From Amoebophrya sp. A120 (taxonomy: Eukaryota; Protista; Dinoflagellata): a stretch of DNA of 64,000 nt. A program made the position numbers and the translations under genes. Below are positions 25,745-38,800 of this stretch, piece after piece. The stretch covers positions 1,834,018 to 1,898,017 of the forward strand of contig CAJINV010000016.1 in the NCBI GenBank assembly GCA_905178155.1. Reading direction: 5' to 3'. The notes under the pieces were generated by a model. The model saw nothing but the letters and a program-made list of their open reading frames with translations. It searched no databases and was not told the DNA's origin. Position 1 is the first letter of the stretch. Every line of letters begins with the position of its first letter.

Positions 25745-27455
25745 GCTGCTGGTGTGGTCCTCGAAGGGATTTTGGCTTGCTGAATCCTCTTCGACCTAGC
25801 AGGCTTCTACTGACTGCAGCTCTACTACTCCTTCTTGACTCCTGCGGCTCTTTCGCAGTTGAATCTGAGTCCTTGCGTCGGCGTCCTTTACTTCTTTGTT
25901 CTCCTCGTAGTTATAATTTCCGCTACTTGCTTCTTTCTTCACTTGTTGCGGTGCCGTCGTCGACTTGCTATTCCGAGTTTTATCTTCGCGTTCACAGACA
26001 CAACGCTCGGTATGTCTTTGTTGTTGTACTTTTCCAAGCTATTGGGAGTGGTTGTTGCGTCAGTCGCTTTGTTTTTGGAGGATGATTTTCGCGTAGGACA
26101 GCTGCTCTTTTGTACGAAGGAATCAAACTGCTCACCGTATGAAGTCGGGTCCGAGCAACTACGTCCCGTTCGTGAGCTCTAATTTTAATTTTCTACTGGG
26201 CGAAAATACTCTCTGCTGCTGTAGTCGTTCACCGTGTAGTATATTTTTCGCACGCTTAGCACCTTGCTCCGGTCCAGACTTCCAAGCGCCTTATTTTCCG
26301 AAAAATTTGGGCAGCTGCGACTCGTTCCAAATCACGCGGCGAGCAGAAGAGCTGCTACAAGCACGCGTGCAAACAAAGCTGACAGTAGGTCTTTGCGTGT
26401 GAAGTAAGTAGTCGAAGTCGCCGGCGTCTGCAGTTCTTGCGAAAACAGGAAACCGGCTGTGTTGCACTGCGGTTTGTCGTGTAGACGTGCTACTAAAAAC
26501 GCGCTTTGCCAGTTCTACTTCCGGGGCGAGAGTCCCGCGGACCGGATGAACGTAGTAGAAAAAGGGCCGCTGCCATGTCTTCGCCTTGTTTTATCTCTCA
26601 CAAAATCTGCTCCGGAATGTTGATGTTCTGTCAGTTTCGCAATAGTACAACAGAAACTATTGCACAACTTCTACACCGATCATGAACTAATGTAGCTTCA
26701 AAATTGGCTGAGGACACAGCGCTGGTGCTTGCAGAAATTTCCGAAGTCGGGCCTAAAACAAAACTTGAACCGCAACCTAAAAGTGATAAAAATGTTCGAA
26801 AGTGCTTTCTGACTCTGGTCCTTATCACTGTGAGACGGAGACGTTTGCGATCAATGTATAAATGTGGGGCCTCACCACGACAGCCTAGTGCGTCTTAGTG
26901 TTTCTAAGTAGACATCATGAAAATGAGGACTGTCCTAGAAGTAGATCTCGTACGTCTGATCATATTTTTGGCAATCATGAAGCCCTCAAGAGAGCCGCCA
27001 TGTCGTGTGTCTGTCTTTGCATCTACTTCGCTCACTGAGTCGCAAGTCCTCTTTGACAGGCTGCAATCTCGTGTGGCTCTAGTACTTTGAAGATGCGGGG
27101 CCGCTCGAATGTTCGGGGGCTCTTGCTCTGAGTAGAGAACTCCTGATTTCAGCGTGCTCAAGAGTGTACTACAGAAGTTGGTTACCAGGAGAGAACAAGG
27201 TAGGAGATTGATCTAATGCTGAGCAAATCAGGTGGCGAATACTTACTGCAGATGCCTTCATTCTCTTTTTGAATCACCATAAGTCTCGAAAAATGCCTGA
27301 GCTTCTTGTTTCGGATGCACATACTCTTCGTCATGGTTTCTGCTTTTCAAAAAATCGTGCTTTTAGTTCGTCTTGTGACAACTGTAAAGTTTTTTTGCCA
27401 TCTGCAATATCCTGATCTCGCCCCGTCAAGAGAAGAAGTTGTTCTGAGTCACGTC

Positions 27456-30400
27456 TCAAACAGAAATCCAGGGCATTTCCGGATACCCCGCTCGACTCAG
27501 CCCCTCCCGGTGTCTCCAGGTGTCGTTATCAAATGCAAAAGTGTCTGGGTCTGGAAGATTCTGACACCTGTCATGCGCGTTTTGCATGGGCCATGATGTC
27601 TGTGATGCATACCCTAGCAATACAGATTTTTTGAGGGCTTCTTGATGCCGATTCCGCATGACAAACGCCTTCTCAGCGTAGCAAAAATTGCATTCCCTTT
27701 GCTACTCATGCAATATAGATTTTTTTGGAATCCAAATGCAGCATCACAAGTTGCATTCTTCCACACCCAGACATTTTTGCAATGCATAGTCGTAAAAGGT
27801 TTGCCAGGAAACCGGTTTTCCGTTGTTCACAAGGTTGAACTATCAAATATAAAAATGTCTGGGTCTGGAAGAATCCGAACTTGTGATGCGTGTTGCGGAT
27901 CATGATACAAAAATCTGTGTTGCATGACTTGCAAAAGGTCCCCACTTCTGGCCATGTTGAGAGGGCATTTCTCATGCAGAATAGGCATCACCAAGGGGCT
28001 GCAGAACCTGTGATGCTAGGCCCTGCATTCCAGACCTGGCGGAGCTTGAAAAACTGCATGACAAATCTCGGAATCTTCCACACCCAGACACTTTTGCATT
28101 TGATATGAACATCTGTCGCGCGAATTTCTCCCCGCCGGCCGCAGATTTTGATTTGTTCACGCTGTTTGCAGAAGAAGTAGCGGGTGATGAGGTGGACACT
28201 GAATAAAGTGGACCTACAGGCGGTGCTGGCTTAGAAGTACTAGTGCCACTGTTCTCCTCTATCAGACGCAAATATGTCTGGGTCTGGAACAAAGCAACTC
28301 GTCATGCTAAATCTGAATCATGTAAAAATCTGTGTTGCGTGATTACCATAAAGCTGTCCACTTTTGACCTAATCGAGAGGCAGTTTCTCACGCAGGATAG
28401 GCATGATAGAACTCTCACAGAATCTGTCATGCTATGTCCTACATGCCAGACCTCATGGGGCATAGAAAACCTGCATGACAAGTCTGGCATTCTTCCAGAC
28501 CCAGACATATTTGCATTTGATATCCTGCTCGTTTCTGCTAAATCTCCTCCCCGCGTGTTCCTCCACTTTGAGCCAAAACGCGATGAATTCGGTTTCCCCC
28601 AGCCTCTGTTGCAGTGCTGTTTTCGCGTTTAACCCGGGTCGCTCGGCGTAGCAGACTATCAAATGCAAAAATGTCTGGGTCTGGAAGATTGGGGGAGTTT
28701 GTCATGCAAATTTGACATGACCTGCAATGTCGGTGATGCATGCCTTCGCATTACAGATTTTGTGAAGGCTTTCTCAGGCCTATACTGCATGAGAAATGCC
28801 TTCTCAGAATAGCAAAAATCTGAGTGCCGTTTGCTGCTCATGCAATACTTACAGGTTTTTCCATCATCGAAAGTTAGCATCACAAACAAGGTCCGAGCAC
28901 GGGGACAGAGTCCCCGTGCGGCGACCTTCCGGCATTTGTCTGCGCGGTGGCACTGGGCAGGCAGGTCGCTCGCAGCTAGGTAATTCGTTGCGCTTTGCAT
29001 TCAATGACCCGCGACGGGGGGGCCTCCTGCGGACGCGGCTCCCCTGCTTGCGCGCACTAGATTCATTAGCCTGCCGCGCGCAAAGATAAAAAGAAAAGAA
29101 GAAACTGACGCCGGGTCTGCAGCCGGCCCCCAGGTTATGGCGCTGCGACAGAGTCCCCACATTGCCCTAGGGCTTTTCTCTGCCCCCTCCTTGGCCGCGC
29201 GGTGTGGTTAACGGGGAGCGCTAACAGCTGGCCCCTAGGCCATGACGCGGGGACCGAGTCCCCGCGCTGGCCTAGGGCTTTCGCCCCTCGGCCGCACGGT
29301 GTCCGGGAAGCGCCCACAGCTGGCCCCTAGGCCATGACGCGGGGACCGAGTCCCCGCGCTGGCCTAGGGCTTTCACGCCTCGGCCGCACGGTGTCCGGGA
29401 AGCGCTCACTGCTGGCCCCTAGGCCATGACGCGGGGACCGAGTCCCCGCGCTGGCCTAGGGCTTTCGCCCCTTGGCCGCACGGTGTCCGCGAGCGAAGCG
29501 CTCACAGCTGGCCCCTAGGCCATGACGCGGGGACCGAGTCCCCGCGCTGGCCCAGGGCCTTCGCCCCTTGGCCGCACGGTGTCCGGGAAGCGCCTGCAGC
29601 TGGCCCCTAGGCCATGACGCGGGGACCGAGTCCCCGCGCTGGCCTAGGGCCTTCGCCCCCTGGCCGCACGGTGTCCGGGAAGCGCGCAAAGCTGGCCCCT
29701 AGGCCATGACGCGGGGACCGAGTCCCCGCGCTGGCCTAGGGCCCTCGCCCCTTGGCCACACGTTGACCGGGGAGCGCGCACAGCTGGCCCCTAGGCCATG
29801 ACGCGGGGACCGAGTCCCCGCGCTGGCCGAGGGCTTTCGCCCCTTGGCCACACGTTGACCGGGGAGCGCGCACAGCTGGCCCCTAGGCCATGACGCGGGG
29901 ACCGAGTCCCCGCGCTGGCCTAGGGCTTTCGCCCCTTGGCCGCACGTTGGCCGGGGAGCGCTCACAGCTGGCCCCTAGGCCATGACGCGGGGACCGAGTC
30001 CCCGCGCTGGCCCAGGGCTTTCGCCCCTTGACCGCACGGCGTCCGGGACGGAAATGGTCACAGTTGGCACCTAGGTCATGGCGCGGGGACATAGTCCCCG
30101 CGCTCACCTAGGGCTTTCGATCGCCCCTCGGCCGCACCGTCTCGCGTGACAGCTTGGGCTTTGGGTCCAAACCCCACATAGCAAAGTCCGAAAGTTTGGC
30201 TGGGGTGTGTCCGAGAGTCTGCCCGGGGTGTGTCCAAAAGTCTGCCCTGGGTGTGTCCGGGGTGTGTCTGGGGTATGTTCGGACTTTTTGCCTGGGGTAT
30301 GTTCGGGGGTCTGTCTGGGGTATGTCTGGGGTGTGTCTGGGGTGTGTCTGGGGTATGTTTATACCCCACCTGTTGGCTTTTCGGCAAAAAATTGTAGTCC

Positions 30401-30607
30401 GCCCGTGATTGAGGAGCATTTGCATACCCCTGACACACCCCCGAACATACCCCCGAACATACCCCTCGCATGCATTTTTGACCAGCTGCTGCAGTTTAGA
30501 TAGTAATTCCATTCTTTCCAGACCCAGACATTTTTGCATTTGATACAGACTTTCAACCAGATCCGCTGTAGTTCATCCGTCGGAACCTGCGAAAAGGCGC
30601 CACCCAT
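27456..30607 (-). CDS. Small (~150 aa) EH/EF-hand-like protein with possible N-myristoylation (MGGAFS); four introners including a 1.9-kb one; 3' end uncertain
   Basis: Five exons total 453 nt in frame. VPTDELQRIWLKVC...LGETEFIAFW resembles an EH-domain helix pair. Confidence 0.5.
27527..27788. mobile_element. Introner family A
   Basis: TIRs; flanks GTCGT/GTCGT. Confidence 0.9.
27841..28105. mobile_element. Introner family A
   Basis: TIRs; flanks TGAAC/TGAAC. Confidence 0.9.
28260..28522. mobile_element. Introner family A
   Basis: TIRs; flanks TCCTC/TCCTG. Confidence 0.9.
29150..30150. repeat. Tandem array of about ten 92-bp GC-rich units, each forming a hairpin
   Basis: CATG anchors at 29241, 29333, 29425, 29521, 29613, 29705, 29797, 29889, 29981, 30077. 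Unit core CCCTAGGCCA-TGA-CGCGGGGAC-CGA-GTCCCCGCG-C-TGGCCTAGGG. Confidence 0.92.
30200..30470. repeat. Repeats of ~12-bp period (GGGGTRTGTYYG), followed by inverted copies
   Basis: Direct copies at 30202-30360; reverse-complement copies (CATACCCC) at 30423-30466. Confidence 0.75.
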
Positions 30608-31026
30608 TTTTTTTACTTGGGTCGTTGCTAGGTATTTGCGATGAATTCTTGCCAGATGAAGAGGTTGCTAAGAGCTGATGATGAAAAGCTGTTTCTTCTA
30701 GTTCATCTAGACGTCGCATCTTCATAGTTCTTTTCGGGGACCGACCGAAAACAAGAACAGCTGCGACGCCGATTGCAAATCTCCGACTCCGCGCTTGCGA
30801 GACAATAATTCTGAGAATCTCTACTTGCTTTTCTCGAGGTTCCTCATTGCCGACTTTCGATGCTGGTGTAGTTGCCCTCTGAAGATGAAACTTCTTCAAC
30901 ACAAGAACTTCCGGTATGATCAGAGAGATGATGCTGTGGTCGAGGACGTCGCAATGTGTCAATGGAATGCAACCGGGTGATGTCGCGGCAACAACTTGGT
31001 CAACTACAAATCGGACTGTTTCTACT

Positions 31027-34000
31027 TCACTTTTGAGAGGATGCTCCTGACTTCTTCTTGTTCGTGCCAGCAGCTGAATCCATTATAGAATTTTTCGCAT
31101 TGCAGCTAGCCGCGTCTTTGTCGTCCTGCGTTGTTGTTGACGAAGAGCAGAGAGGAGCTCCAGCTTGTTCATTTTCACTCGGCACGGGCGAGTACGAGCT
31201 CTCTTTTGTAGTTCTTCCAGTCTTGTAGTTATTTTTACCATTGTTCGCAGCTGCATTATGATTATAATTGTTCTCCCCGCCGTCCCCGTCGTTTTGTTGA
31301 TCATCGTCCCAAACTTTCTTGAACAACCAGCTCCCAAACGACTGCGCGTCCTCCTTGATCATTCCCGTAATCTCCTTCCCAAACTCCCCGAAATCGAGCC
31401 CCGAGACCTCGTTTTTCACGTTCTGCTTAATGCTGTCGAACTGTTCCTTCGCTTTCACCGCATTCTCCTGCAACATGAAGTGCTGCTGCAACTGCATACT
31501 GTAGTCGAAACTGCAGCTCGGGCAGTGGTGGAAGTGGGGTGGGAGGTCCTTCTTGTGGGAAGAAGATGTTGTGGATGCGACTGCGGGTTCTCTCGAAGGA
31601 GCTGTTGCTTCGTCCCAAATGGTCTGCAATGCGGCAGGTGTTGCTGCAGAAGCGGAAGCGCTAGATGAACTGCTCGTATTAAAGGCGGTAGTCGAAGAAC
31701 TTGCTGCACTACTGTTGTTGTTTTTATTTTTCCCAGCATTTACTTCCACTGCCCCAGCGTCGCGGTGGTCAACTACACCTTGTTTATGTTCCAAGCACTT
31801 CTTGCAAATCATGACGTTGCACTGCGGACACGAAAAGTCCCACATCCCGGACAAGGCGTTCTGATTTTCCTCTTTGGAATAATCTTTCCCGCACGCCCCG
31901 CACACGTCTCTTTGGTTTATTTTAACCTGTTCTACCTCTGGCGAAGGTGATTCTTCTTGTTCTACTTTTCCCTCGTCTTCGTCTTTTGCTTTGTTCCCAC
32001 CAACTACAACAGTCATGGTCTTCCCGTTCTTCTTTGGCGAAGATGAAAATCGGGTTTGCGGCTGGCCCTGTGCAACCCCCACCTGTCCGCCCACCGGCAC
32101 GTCTAACACCCCCTCGATTCCCTGCTCGATCCACGCCCCACTGTGTCGGACCACTTCCTTCGCGTTGGACACCATTTTTCCGGATTTTTCGCTGATTTCC
32201 ATAACCCCCCTCGCCAGCAATTGCCCAGACACCTTGTACTTGCAGAACGGGCACTGCGGCTGCCGCAATTTGGAGAAGCACTGTTTGCAACAGACGTACT
32301 TGCACCGGGGGCAGATGAAGTCGAAGATGGAAGAGTCTTCTTGGTAGCAAATCCCGCACCCGGATTTCGATTTCTCCTCGTCGATTAACTGGTTTTCTTT
32401 CTGGATCACAACATCCGGCACGACGATATTCTCATTCGCCCTTTCTAGCATCGGTTCGATCTTGTTCTCGATCAAATTCACGGTTTTATCCGCCACTTTC
32501 TCACCAAGGAATTTGCTGAAGTTAATCGCGTTGTTCAGCCCCTTGTGCAAAACAGATTCAAAATCCTGGTAGTTCAGGAGCGGTTCATTTTCTTTGTCAC
32601 GTTCTTGTGCAGCGCCGTTTATTGCGTTCTTCTGTTCTTTCGCTGATGCAGCTTTAATATCCGAGGTTTTACTTTTAGCACCTTTGCTAGCAACCCCCTT
32701 GTCAAGAACATCATCAAGCTGATAGTCCAGCGCCCCGGTGCTGGCGATCCGCAGCCACTGGTGCTCACAAGCCTGCGAACTGTCCAGCCTTTGGTCCGGA
32801 TCTGGCTGAAGCAATGCCCGCACGAACTGCTTCGCAAGGAGACTCGGCTTGCGGGTTGTTTTGCTGGTGGGTAGCTTTGACGAAGAGGAGGAGCCATTGT
32901 TGCCGTTTGAAGACGTCGCCGATGTTGTTGAAAAGCGTTCAAAAAGGCTTTTGAAAAAGCTGCCTGCACCACCACTTGTTCCCAAATCACCGCTAGAAGT
33001 ACTGTTGTTTCCGATGTCCCAAATGGGGACTTTCCCCTCCAAAATCTCCTTCTTCATCAACTTGTTGTCGCTGTCCACAAACGGACAGGAGTTGGACAGT
33101 AGAAACACGAAAATCACGCCCGCCGCCCACACATCCACTCTACAGTCATACCCTTTGGATTTCCCAGGTAGCAGGTGCATCTCCGGCGCCATGAACGCCG
33201 GAGTACCCAGCCGGTCACGTAATAGCTTCACTTTTTGCTCACTTTTCCCGTACGCCGTCGTGTCAAAATCCGTCATCACCTTCACGGCCACCCCGAAATC
33301 TCCCAGTATGACCCGCTCAGGTGTTACAATCTCAAGCATTACAATAGAATCTGAGATCTGTTTTGCATGATGGGCATGACAGACTCGCAGAGCGTTCCAC
33401 TTTCTGCAATACAAATTTCGCCAGATTGTAGTGGGGTTTGGGGCTCCGGAACTTCTCATGCGCAATCCCACGAGAGTTGGCTAGATCATGCACTCTTGCA
33501 TCACAGATTTTCAGATTCTATTGTAACGCTTGAGATTGTAACACCTGAGCTCGTTATACCCAGTTTCAACGTTTTCAGGTCCGCAGCGAAGAGAAAGTTG
33601 TGCGGTTTCACGTCCCGGTGGCAGATGTCGATGGAGTGGAGGTAGCGGATCGAGTACAAAACTTGCTTCATCCATTTCGCAATGACCGATTCTAGAAACG
33701 GCTCGGCTCCTTGGTTCTCCACGACCGCCTGCAAGTCCCCGCCGGGACAGAATTCCAAGACGAAACTGTACTCATTCTCCGACTCGAACGCCTCGAAAAT
33801 CTCGAGAATGTTTGGGTGGCAACAGTATCAAATGCAAAAATGTCTGAGTCTGGGAGATTCCGAAATTTGTCATGCAGCTTTTCCAAGCTCCCCCAAGTCT
33901 GGAATGCAGGGCCTAGCATCACAGGTTCTGCAGCCCCTTCGTGATGCGTATTCTGCATGAGACATGCCCTCTCAGCATGGCCAGAAGTGGGCACCTTTTG

Positions 34001-35154
34001 CACGTTATGCATCACAGATCTTTGTAGGATTCGAAACATGCATCACAAATTCGGATCCTTCCAGACCCAGACATTTTTACATTTGATAAACAGAGCGCGA
34101 GAATCTTGATTTCGTGGAGGACTTGCTGCTTATTCAACCCCATCCGCCGCATTTTCTTCTTGTCAATGATCTTCGCGGCACGGGAAGATATTTTATCATT
34201 TGCTGGAATAGTGGATGATGTTCTACTTCTTCCTGTTTTATTCATACCGTTCGGCGGCGGGGGGAGTAGTAGATTCTGGTGCTGTAAACTGGCCCGGCGC
34301 GGATGAGGTGGAGAATTTGATGGGACTCGGAGGTGAGGGTTGTAGTTTTTATCATTTTTGTCATGATCTTCCAGCTGCTTCAATAATTTCGCATCCTCGC
34401 TTCGCACCGAGCTTCTCGGTACGCGCATCACAGAGCCCAGGTCGGAGTGTCTTCTCTGCAGCACATCGGCGCAAGAAAAGTTCTTGTTGCTATTATTCGC
34501 CGCAGCAGAGAAATTTTGCGACGCGGCCGAAGCATTTCCAGCACTCGCCCTGGTTGACCAGCGGTTTTTGTTCACCCCAGCCGCTGGAGACGCTGTTGCG
34601 GACCCTAAAGTCGCTCGTGAGTCCAACGACGGGGAGCAAGAGGGCGATAATATCACTGTCGCGTTGGGATCAATGTTTCGATCCACTTGATGTTCATCTG
34701 GCGAAGAAGTTCGGTCTTTTGTGGAACAGACCGCTGGCCGCGCACTATCAAGACCAAGACGACCTTGATTTGTGTTGCTTTGCCGCAACTGCTCCTGCAC
34801 GGTCTGCTCCACAGCTAAATTCGCACCGCTTCCGTTCGAAATCCGATTGGAACTGAAGTTTTCTTGTAGTTGCTCTAAGAAAGTGCTTGGTCGTCCAGTT
34901 GCACTACTTTTACTACTACTCCCGTTCACTCGTACAAGTTCCTTCGGCGTCACACGATACACCGTCGCGAACCCGCCCGAGCCTAGCTTCTCGTGCAGAT
35001 CGTAGGAATTCCGGAAACTCCTTTGCTGTTGAAAAAAAAGCCGGCCGGAAAAAATTCCGTTTTGCAGTGTTTCATCCGTGTACGGGACTTCGAAAGCAGG
35101 GGCAGAACCTTTGTGGTTTTGTGTCCCAATCGTGGACGAGTTTGCTTGTCCCAT
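31027..35154 (-). CDS. CAMK-like Ser/Thr kinase, ~1200 aa, with MGQANS start, long N-lobe insert and C-terminal Cys-rich zinc fingers; two introners
   Basis: Motifs GSGGFATV, AAKII, HPNI, EFCPGGDL, HRDVKPHN, LG|DFG, GTPAFMAPE, DVWAAGV. Exons total 3603 nt in frame. Confidence 0.88.
33307..33558. mobile_element. Introner family E (~48-bp TIR containing TGTTACAATCTCAAG), inserted just before the kinase DFG codons
   Basis: Long TIRs; flanks CCCAG/CCCAG. Confidence 0.9.
33826..34088. mobile_element. Introner family A
   Basis: TIRs; flanks AACAG/AACAG. Confidence 0.9.
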
Positions 35155-35847
35155 CTTGGCGTGCGAAAGTGGATTCTCGTTGGAGGATCTTCACAAAAGG
35201 CAGCACCTTCGACGGGACAACATGGTAAAAACTTCTCTTTTTCGGCCTTGCTGTTGCATCACGGAGAAGACGTTACCGCTCTCAAAAAAATTCTCGGCAG
35301 TTTTGATACCGCCAGAAGCGGATTCCTATTGTTGTTCCGTATTCGTCGTGGACGAGCAGTTGATGCGGCTCGTATATGAGCTTTGAGTTGTGACCAGCTT
35401 GTGCTAATCAGGAGCTGAAGTGTATCTTCAAGAGTTGTAGACGGCACAGCACCCCACAACAAACAAAGTCTCTCTACTTGTCTTCTAAGCCCAGAGAAGA
35501 TGAAGGTGATAGTGCTGTATCCCACAACGTTGATCCTTTTTGTCATCGTCCCGGAAGATGTTCTTTGAAGATTCTTTCACAGGAGAAGTAGAAGCTGTCA
35601 CATTGGATACCCAAACTCCTAAAGCCCAAACGTCGTCAAGATATTAGTGATCTCTCGAGGATGAAGAACACGAGCACGACAACGACCGGAAGGGTAGTTT
35701 CAAACTAGTACGTGGGTCAAGAGCGTGTTGAAACTTGTTTTGCAGCGATTCCCACGAGCACGACGGACAAGATGGCGCGAATGCAACAAAATGCTTGCGC
35801 ACACCCTATCATGAAGGATAACGCGACCGAACTCGGAAAAATCATCT

Positions 35848-38800
35848 TCAAAAGAAATCCGTGTGCTCCGCTTTCCAAACGCGGTCTCGATTGAAGTCTA
35901 GCACGCGGCAGTTGGTTCTAGCGTCACTTATTCTCGCTTTTACTTCTGCTAGTGTTTCGTCAAACTGTTGATACAGCTGTGCCATTTGCTTGTTCACCGG
36001 ACTTCGGCTGGAGATGAAGTTGGCGTTGTTTCGATGATCCTGTACTGTGTCGCCCTCCTCTGCACTACTTCTATCGGAAGATGCCTCTTCAAAATCCGTG
36101 AAATCCCGCCAGAGTTTCGGAAAAACGCTTTCCGTGTCGAGCCGGCAAAGCATCCGGTCCTCCATGATCATGTGCACAATGTCGTCTCTTGGTGACGGAT
36201 TTATTCGATCATTCTTCTGCTCTGCCATCTCTCCTCCTCCTCGTTGTCCTACCAAATCCAGCACCTTCAACCGAAACGGCAAATCCATGAACCGCGCAAA
36301 CGACATCGAGACCGCCCCCATCACCCCCTGCCGGGTTTCCCGCGTCAAGAGCTCATCGTAGCCCGCTTCGGGATCCCCTAGCCCGGGCGACTTGATCCCC
36401 AGTGTTAAATGGACCTCCATCACCCACGCGCGACCATTCGAATCCACAATCATGTCGGCGGTGAAGTGGAAACCGTGCGATTTACAGGCGGAGGCGTCGG
36501 TGATGTAGGCGTTGCCTTTTGCCTTGCCAGAAGTTCTGCTTGCCGCGGCAGTGTCTACTTCTTTGTCAGCTTCTTGTTTGCCCGCAAGAGGCATACTATT
36601 TATCGCCCCGACCTCGTCAAGAACATCATCATCCACGGTGCAGATGTTTTCCCTTGCTCCCAGCATCCAAATGCCCAGCGACTTCTTCACATTCTTCCAC
36701 ACCTCTTCCCTGTCCAGCCCATTCTCCTTCGCTACGAAGTGCTCGAGCCAAAACTCCAAACTCCCCCCCGACATCCCCTGCAGAAAATCCCCGGACAAAA
36801 TTTTCGGGATGTGGTGCGTCACGTGCATCAGCTTCGAGGACCTGAGTTGTCTGTCGTTGGTCGTGTAGTTCTGCTGTAACGTTCCGGACCGGTAGTATCC
36901 GTGCTTCGAGACATAGACCCTGAATGGATCGAGAAACGTGAAACCCTGGATCCTAATGTCGGTCTTCACCAGCGTATCGACCTTCTCGATTTCCCCACCA
37001 GGCGTAGCACGGATGTTGGGAATGCGGGCCAGCACCGGGTTAGAGATGTACAGCTGGACGACGGATTTTTCCTGAATTGTGTTCGTTGGATCTTCTTTTT
37101 GGATTGATGACATTGATTAATGTTTCGGCATCGCTTCCCTTTGAAATCTGTCTTGCAAAACGGCTTGACACCTATGATGTATGTTAGATCATGACATCTC
37201 ATGTATTGCAGCAAAGAACGATGCAACATTTCTACCTTGTTATCCAACTTCCCGCCCTTCCAACCAGGCGCCCCGTTTTCCGGGGAGCAGAAAGAGAAAT
37301 CAACTCCATCGCCGATCCAGCAGCCGTGCTCCCGATCTTTCCAATTCCACACGGTGCAGTCAAACGTCAGCTCGTTCAAATGCCGCCGCTCACACGCCTA
37401 TCATATGCAAAAATCTCTGGGTCTGGAAGATTGCGAGATTTGTCACGCTCACGCTTGTCTGGCATGACAAAACAGTTTGTGATGCATGTCCAAGAAGAGA
37501 CCCTTTTTCCTGTCATGCAAAAACGCAGTCTCCCATGCGAAAAACGCAACACAAAGAAGCGTAGATATTTCTCATGCTTGGCTGTGCATTACAGAGCGAT
37601 CACTATTCCCAGCACAGCATTACAAGTTTCCAGACCCAGACATTTTTGCATTTGATAGCGCCTGCTTGCAGTCGAACTCCGACTCCGCGTCCCCTAGTTT
37701 CGCCAGTCCGTAGCACTATGGAAGTGTCAGAATCAAAATCGACAAAATCGAAAAACTTGTGATGCATAAGACCAATACCAGTTGGAGCCTCAGTGTGCAA
37801 GCGGCGCAAGACAACTTTATTTCGGGAGCATCGAAAGCCAGTTTCTCATGCTGTTTGGGCAAAGAAGACTGCTCCTGTCATGCTACTCTGGCAGCACACT
37901 GCATACCCCTAAACAGGCTTACAATCGGTCTCATTTGCCTGCTACCCAATACAGCCCTCCAGTGCCCTACATTTTACGCATCACAAATTTTTCGACTTTG
38001 TCGATTTCGATCCTGACACATCCATAAGCACTGCGCGTTTTTCAATTCCGTGAACTGCGCCGCCCGCGCTTTCTCAGTCAATTCGTGCAAGTTCCTCGTC
38101 AGTTCAATCCCTTGCCCGCCAAAGAGCGCGCCCGGCTTCCAGATGTACACCGCATTTTGGACGATGGAAGAGAAGCCCCAGAGTTCGTCCTGGTTGTCGG
38201 GCAGGAAAAAACACGGGGGGTAGAAACCAGAGAGGTCGAGTTTCTCTAAGTCGTTATGCATTGCAAAAATGTCTCGGTCTGGAAGGATGTAACTTGTCAT
38301 GCTAAATCTGAATCATGCAAGAAATCTGTGTTGCGTGATTACCAACACCCGTCGTTATTTTTTACCAAGTTGAGGGGGATTTTCTGATGCAGGATAGGCA
38401 TGCTAGAATTCTCACAGAGTTTGTCATGCTAGGTGCTAGGTCCCAGACCTCATGAGTCATAGAAAACCTGCATGACAAACCTGCCAGTCTTCCAGACCCA
38501 GACGCTTTTACACTTGATAGTCGTACTTGGTGAGCATCTTCCGCACCATGTTGCACTGCGCGTCTTTCTCGCTGAGTTTGGCGAGAAGCTTGTGGGAAAT
38601 GGTTAGTTGGTGGGGGACTGAAACTGATGATGTTTTGTCGCTGTCCCTTATCAAATTCGGCTGCATCCGGTGGGTCGACGTCGAGTCGGTTGAGGGTTTC
38701 CAGTGGCAGGCTTGACGTTTTCTGGCAACATAAACAGATGCCTTAGTTTTAGTATTTCCTTTATCATTTTTCTCGTCCTGATCTTTCTTTGCTGGTGCAA

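Larger units (their letters stand above)
28657..30545. mobile_element. Expanded family A introner (1889 bp) carrying ~1.6 kb of cargo
   Basis: Left TIR at 28657 and right TIR ending at 30545, with perfect flanks CAGAC/CAGAC. Confidence 0.85.

Noticed and set aside
27250-27490. Extra 3' exon of the EH-like gene via a GT-AG intron
   Set aside because: Possible in frame, but it cannot be distinguished from the read-through stop at 27456 without RNA data.
29150-30150. CRISPR array
   Set aside because: The segments between hairpins are near-identical rather than unique spacers, there are no cas genes, and the context is eukaryotic and intronic.
29150-30150. Tandem hammerhead ribozymes (CUGUGA...CGAAA on the minus strand)
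   Set aside because: The CUGANGA core is incomplete and varies among units, and stem II does not pair cleanly.
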